A stretch of 64,000 nucleotides of DNA from Desulfatiglandales bacterium (lineage in GTDB: Bacteria; Desulfobacterota; DSM-4660; Desulfatiglandales; Desulfatiglandaceae): assembly GCA_963662465.1 (NCBI GenBank), contig OY759599.1, positions 5,376,001 through 5,440,000 of the forward strand, written 5' to 3'. Shown here piece after piece: positions 58,904 to 64,000 of this stretch; position 1 is the first letter of the stretch, and every line of letters starts with the position of its first letter. Made by a program: the position numbers and the translations under genes. A model generated the notes under the pieces. The model saw nothing but the letters and a program-made list of their open reading frames with translations, was not told the origin of the DNA and did not search any database.

Positions 58904-61900
58904 GTGTACAACAGAACTTGGCTGCAAAATGTGGGGTCCAGAGCATCAATGCGCGGTTTTTGGAGATACGCCGTTCTGGCAATTCCGGTTTTTGTGTTGC
59001 TGCATTTCCCGGGAGGAGCGTACGCGGTCCAAACCGTCATCCAGGACTGGGATGGCAGCGTGTTGGATACCATCGACTGGACCATCAGCAACAATGTGGA
59101 AATTATCGACAGTTGGGCAAGCCGTTGCAAGGTGTACAAAAGTGATAATGAAATTACGGCCTATTGTTATTACGAAGCGGATTTCACGGAACTTGGCGGC
59201 TGGGTGGATGTCAATGCCATGCTTTCCCCACAAACGCGGTTTGACAGGGAAAGCTTTCGGGTTTCCTATGGGTACTCACAGACCTCCCATCCATGCGGCA
59301 ACTACGAGGTATGTCCCGAAACCTTTGACATCAGCCATGGGGATAATTTCTGGCCCTACTATTACCGCTGGGGTACAAATTTGTACGATCCCGACATGGG
59401 GGGCAATCTCGGCCGTGGCTGGGGAATCACCATACGGTTTTATGGCTTTACTTACTCTCCCATCACCATACGCAACTATGTCATTCATATCCGGCCGACC
59501 AAATCGCAGGCCCTTGCATGGCGCAAGCGGTTCTATCCGCCTCAGCCGAACAATGGGCAACCGTGGCCCTGCTCACCCAAACCGCCCAGGCCCTATCCGC
59601 CCAAGCCGGAGGAACTGAAGGATCCGGCCAACCCCTATGAGGGCGCCGGAGCGTGTATGCCTTTTGGGCTGCCCGTCTATTGGGTGGACCCGAACACGCT
59701 GACCCTGTACGTACAGGACACGGATTTTTCATACGAGGGTCTGGGTCCCAGGGTAAAGATGACGCGGTATTTTTCCAGCCAAAGCGACCCGCTTCTCTAT
59801 GACCGGAGCGGTTCCTTCGGACACGGATGGCATTTTTCCTATGACACACGGCTGACAGAATCCGGATGTAATGTGATGCTGATGGACCTGGAGGGAAAGG
59901 AACGCATTTTCGGCTATCCCGAGGGGGACTGTGGCGGCGGAAGCGCGGGATCACCCCTTGAACTGTCTCCATCTGAAAACGTTTTTGACAGGTTGTTTGC
60001 CCATGGAAGCGGTGTCTTTGTCCTGGAGCGCAAATCCCCGCGGGAATGGTTGCGATACGAGCCCTATGGCGATGTTTCCCGCCTGGTTTCCGTGGCTGAC
60101 GCCGCGGGCAACCAGATAACGGTCCAGCGCGCGGCGAATGGAAAAATCCTGGAAATTCGGGATGCCGCGGGAAGAAGCACCGCTCTGACCCACGACGCGC
60201 AGGGACGATGCACTGCCTTGACCGCGCCGGACAGCCGAAAGACCACATTTGCTTATGATGCCGGCGGGAAGCTCGTCCGAAGCACGGACTTCATGGGAAA
60301 TCAGACCGATTACGTCTACGACGCCGACGGGCACATGGTTTCCATGAAAACCGGGGATAAGACCACCGCTTTCGGCTATTCCTCCAGTGAATCGCTGGGC
60401 CGCTACATCTCTTCCCTGACCAACGCTAACGGTTTGAAAAAAACCTATCGGGTCACAAACGTGGTGACCGCCTTCGGGGTGGAGGAGGTTTTCCCGTCCA
60501 ACACCAAGAGAACATATACCGGCGACCTGACGCGTCCGTGGCTCACCAGCGCCCGCGACGGGGCCGACAACGGTCCGGATTATGCCTATACTTATTCCGG
60601 CACAAGCACTCCGAGCGTTATCGGGGCTATTAATTACACGGACCCCCTGGGTGAAAAGACCACCATCCGCAGAAATGACCGCGGCAACATCACGAAATAC
60701 GAATCACCGGACAATAACCATGTCACTTACACCTACAACGACACGGACCGGATGACGAGCCGCACCAATTACCTGAACGAGAAGTGGGCGTATGAATACA
60801 ACGCCATGGGGAATATGACCAGGGCCACATCCCCCGAAGGGAGGATAACCACCTTTGAATACAACGCCGACGGATTGCTCACCAAAGCAACCAATCCCCG
60901 GAATGCCGTCACCCGGTATGAATACGACGCCTTCGGCAATCTTAAGCGAATGGTGAATCCCCTGGGAAATGAGATTTTGTGGGAATACGATACCCATGGC
61001 TTTAAACCAACGTCCATTGTCGATCCGCGGGGTAACCGGACCCGATTTGCGTATGATCCCTTGCACCGTTTGACCCGAACAACCCATCCGGACGGCACCT
61101 GGCGAGAAAACGATTACAACTGTTGCTCCCTCGCATCCTCGACCGACGAAAACGGCTATACGACCCTCGTTGAAAGCGACGGCATGCATAAACCCTTGCG
61201 AATTACGGACCCCCAGGGGAATGCCCTGGCATTCTCCTACAATCAGGATGGGAACCTCTCTCAAACAACGGACGCTCTGGGAAGGATAACCCGGTTCAGC
61301 AATGATAAGGCCAACCGGCTGTCCCGGTTCACGGATCCCAATGGTGTGGCGGTTTCCATGTCCTATGATAAGCAGGGCAACATGACCACGATTACAGACG
61401 GGTTGAACAACCGGATGCAGTTCCAATACGACGTCAACCATCGCATGAGCCGGATCACGGATCAGCTGCTTAGAAACATCGTTTTCACCCGCAACGCGGC
61501 CGGTCGCGTGACGTCCAGAACCAACTCCCGGGGCCAGGTGGTGGGCTATGCATACAACAAGGACGGGTTTCTGGTGCAAAAGGACTATAACGGGGTCATT
61601 GAGACGAGTTATCAGCGAAACGAGGTGAACCGGATTGAGCGTATGACGGACCCTGGCGGGGAAACCGTGTATGAATACGACCTGTCCGATCAGGTTACGG
61701 CCATTACCTATCCCAACGGCATGAAAACGACCTTTGCCTACGACCCGGCCGGGAACCTGGAACGGATCGTCTACCCCGGCGGTGTGACGGCAACGTATGG
61801 CTATAATTCCCGAAACAGGGTCGAGGCGCTCACCTGGGGCGGGAAAACCGTCACCTTTCAATACGACGGCGTGGGCAACCTGATCGGCATAACCCGGCCC

Positions 61901-63109
61901 AACAACATGGGCACCACCATCACTTACGACAAAAACAGCTACGCGCAAAGCGTCGTCCACAGTCGCTCCGGCGGCAACACCTTGGCCCGGTTCACCTATA
62001 CCCGGGATAAAGGCAACAACATTATTCAGGTGCAATCCGACTTGTCAAACGATTGGCCGGCCCTGAATCCGAGTCTCTTGACCGCGCCCCTGAACCAGTC
62101 ATTCAATGTGGCCAACCAGGTGATCGCATCCAATAGCGACGCATTTACCTATGATCTCGACGGCAATCTGACGACGATGGCGGGAGGGCGTGCGTTCACC
62201 GCCCAGTATGACGCGGAAAACCGGCTGACCGCCATGACCCGGAAAGGGATCAACACCGTAAACGCGTATAACGGCCACGGAATGCGCGCCTCCCGGACCC
62301 GCGCCGGGCAGGTGCGCACCTTTCATCACGATCACCTCTGGCGCCTGCTCTTTGAAACCGACGGCGGCGGGACGGTGACGGCCTACTATTTTTACAACGG
62401 GAGGCGGCTGGTGGCCATGCAGCGGGTGGGCGCGGGGAACTTCTTTCATCATTTTGACCACAACGGCAACACCATGGCCCTGACCGATGCCTCCGGCGCG
62501 GTATCCGCCACATACCGTTACTCGCCTTACGGCCAAATCCTTACCCAAACCGGCGCCGTGGACAATCCGTTCACGTATGTTGGGGCCTATGGGGTCATGG
62601 ACGAAGGGGACGGCATCTACCTGATGCGGCACCGATACTACGACGCCCTGACCGGACGTTTTTTGAAAAAGGATACGATCGGCATCGCGGGAGGATTGAA
62701 CCTCTACGAGTATGCGGGGGGGAATCCTCTGCTAAACATCGATCCCGAGGGTACGTTTGGCTGGGTGGCTCTTGGCGCAGCTGTGATAACCGCCGTTGGG
62801 ATTTACAAAATAATAACCTCTGGAATATGTGCAGCGGAAGAAGCTTTCAAAAAAAAGAAAAATTCTTGGACGTTGGATGATATTAACAATCGCACTGTTT
62901 TCGACGTAGACCAAAAATATAGAACGGCTTTTGCAGAAAACGGTGCTGACCTGGGGGAGACAGCCGTTCGGACGACAATCAGTATTTACGGTACTGCCCT
63001 CGATCAGCTTGGTACTACCGAAGGAATGGGCGCGGGCACTGCAATGGATGCCGCGGACGCTGCCGGCGTTTTCAACACATCCTCAGACGACGAGCAGGAC
63101 GACTGGTAA
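58904..63109 (+). CDS. RHS/YD-repeat protein with N-terminal signal peptide
   Basis: GTG after AGGAGG; DUF6531-like (TRYFSSQ...GSFGHGW), many YD repeats, core RHRYYDALTGRFLKKD.IG..GGLNLYEYAGGNPLLNIDPEG. Confidence 0.9.
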   Translation: MYNRTWLQNVGSRASMRGFWRYAVLAIPVFVLLHFPGGAYAVQTVIQDWDGSVLDTIDWTISNNVEIIDSWASRCKVYKSDNEITAYCYYEADFTELGGWVDVNAMLSPQTRFDRESFRVSYGYSQTSHPCGNYEVCPETFDISHGDNFWPYYYRWGTNLYDPDMGGNLGRGWGITIRFYGFTYSPITIRNYVIHIRPTKSQALAWRKRFYPPQPNNGQPWPCSPKPPRPYPPKPEELKDPANPYEGAGACMPFGLPVYWVDPNTLTLYVQDTDFSYEGLGPRVKMTRYFSSQSDPLLYDRSGSFGHGWHFSYDTRLTESGCNVMLMDLEGKERIFGYPEGDCGGGSAGSPLELSPSENVFDRLFAHGSGVFVLERKSPREWLRYEPYGDVSRLVSVADAAGNQITVQRAANGKILEIRDAAGRSTALTHDAQGRCTALTAPDSRKTTFAYDAGGKLVRSTDFMGNQTDYVYDADGHMVSMKTGDKTTAFGYSSSESLGRYISSLTNANGLKKTYRVTNVVTAFGVEEVFPSNTKRTYTGDLTRPWLTSARDGADNGPDYAYTYSGTSTPSVIGAINYTDPLGEKTTIRRNDRGNITKYESPDNNHVTYTYNDTDRMTSRTNYLNEKWAYEYNAMGNMTRATSPEGRITTFEYNADGLLTKATNPRNAVTRYEYDAFGNLKRMVNPLGNEILWEYDTHGFKPTSIVDPRGNRTRFAYDPLHRLTRTTHPDGTWRENDYNCCSLASSTDENGYTTLVESDGMHKPLRITDPQGNALAFSYNQDGNLSQTTDALGRITRFSNDKANRLSRFTDPNGVAVSMSYDKQGNMTTITDGLNNRMQFQYDVNHRMSRITDQLLRNIVFTRNAAGRVTSRTNSRGQVVGYAYNKDGFLVQKDYNGVIETSYQRNEVNRIERMTDPGGETVYEYDLSDQVTAITYPNGMKTTFAYDPAGNLERIVYPGGVTATYGYNSRNRVEALTWGGKTVTFQYDGVGNLIGITRPNNMGTTITYDKNSYAQSVVHSRSGGNTLARFTYTRDKGNNIIQVQSDLSNDWPALNPSLLTAPLNQSFNVANQVIASNSDAFTYDLDGNLTTMAGGRAFTAQYDAENRLTAMTRKGINTVNAYNGHGMRASRTRAGQVRTFHHDHLWRLLFETDGGGTVTAYYFYNGRRLVAMQRVGAGNFFHHFDHNGNTMALTDASGAVSATYRYSPYGQILTQTGAVDNPFTYVGAYGVMDEGDGIYLMRHRYYDALTGRFLKKDTIGIAGGLNLYEYAGGNPLLNIDPEGTFGWVALGAAVITAVGIYKIITSGICAAEEAFKKKKNSWTLDDINNRTVFDVDQKYRTAFAENGADLGETAVRTTISIYGTALDQLGTTEGMGAGTAMDAADAAGVFNTSSDDEQDDW

Positions 63110-63155
63110 GGGTTTACAGATTTGATATTCAGTATGAAAATTTGGAGAACAAATT

Positions 63156-63632
63156 ATGAAAAGAACATACGCTTTTTTCCTCACCATGGCTCTTATGTTT
63201 TTTGTAGTCGGAACTCCAGGGCCTGTTGGAGCTACGACCATTCTCTATAGCTACGACGCTGCCGGTCGCTTGACGGGGGCGGATTACGGGGATGGTCTGA
63301 AGGTCGTTTACACCTACGACGCCAACGGCAACCTGCTCGAGAGGGGCCAGGTCCCCATGTCCATGGTGTATGTCAGCGCGGGGAACTGTGGGGGCAAAAC
63401 ACCGTGTTACCACACTCTTGCCGAGGCAGTGAGCAACGCCCCAAACTATGCCCTTATCAAAGTGGCGGCGGAGACCTTCGCGGGTTATACGGTGGATGCG
63501 GGAAAAACCCTCACCTTCGAATGGGGGTACGACTCCGGCTTTAACACCAACACAGGCGTTACCCAGGTTCAGGGGACTTTCAGAGCAAAGAATAAAACCA
63601 TCATCCGCTCCGGCGCCATCCGGGCCAGGTGA
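63156..63632 (+). CDS. Small exported YD-repeat protein with Cys-loop C-terminal domain
   Basis: GGAG RBS, signal peptide, YSYDAAGRL...YTYDANGNL, then VYVS.GNCGGKTPCY. Confidence 0.8.
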   Translation: MKRTYAFFLTMALMFFVVGTPGPVGATTILYSYDAAGRLTGADYGDGLKVVYTYDANGNLLERGQVPMSMVYVSAGNCGGKTPCYHTLAEAVSNAPNYALIKVAAETFAGYTVDAGKTLTFEWGYDSGFNTNTGVTQVQGTFRAKNKTIIRSGAIRAR

Positions 63633-64000
63633 GGTGATAATTCGATAAGACATTGCTTTTTTAAGGGACACGCATAGAGAAAAACAGCTTGTGGTTCAAG
63701 AGAAAACAAACCATCAGATTTTTGGTATTGGTTCCGGGTGAAGCAATCGAAGGGTGGAGGTGGTTGCCGCAGGACTTGATGTGAAGACTCAGGTCTCACA
63801 AAACGTTAGGAATTCAGACTTTTCCAGGCTAATTTGAGAGCCACTAAAAGGCAATTCACAACCGCTAAAATAAAATACAGTATCAGAGCCCATTTCAATT
63901 AAAATTGAAAACACCCTTGTTTTAATTGAAAATATAAGAAATGAAATTTCAAATTTTATAAAATATCAATACCCCCAAATCATATCTTTCCAGCCCTATC

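Overview
Bacterial chromosomal window; gene content suggests a Desulfobacterota-like deltaproteobacterium (inference). 1-13.7 kb: type IVa pilus locus (5'-truncated pilY1, DUF4124 protein, pilY2-like gene, PilB/GspE ATPase, pilM-N-O-P, an extra 442-aa gene, pilQ, TPR pilotin). 14.4-37.5 kb: two co-oriented Ig-like (Big_1/invasin-type) surface proteins, a ~1570-aa lipoprotein and a 6061-aa giant. The giant has near-identical 582-bp and 588-bp tandem repeats, phage-like insert domains and a C-terminal Asp-box beta-propeller. 37.5-42.4 kb: mobile-debris hotspot with duplicated Rpn-family pseudogenes and small elements that share one TIR, make 8-bp TSDs and carry GTAG-REP doublets. 40.6-54.3 kb: M48 peptidase/SH3 pair, IclR, acyl-CoA ligase, ketopantoate reductase, GAF histidine kinase, two divergent Usp genes with sigma54-type promoters, a 1000-aa PHP-like membrane protein, PPIase and three tRNAs. 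After tRNA-Glu is an accessory island with a decayed AAA ATPase, a transposon remnant, a secreted chaperone-domain protein and a signal-peptide RHS protein with a small YD-repeat partner. All family calls come from motif recognition by eye; no searches were run.
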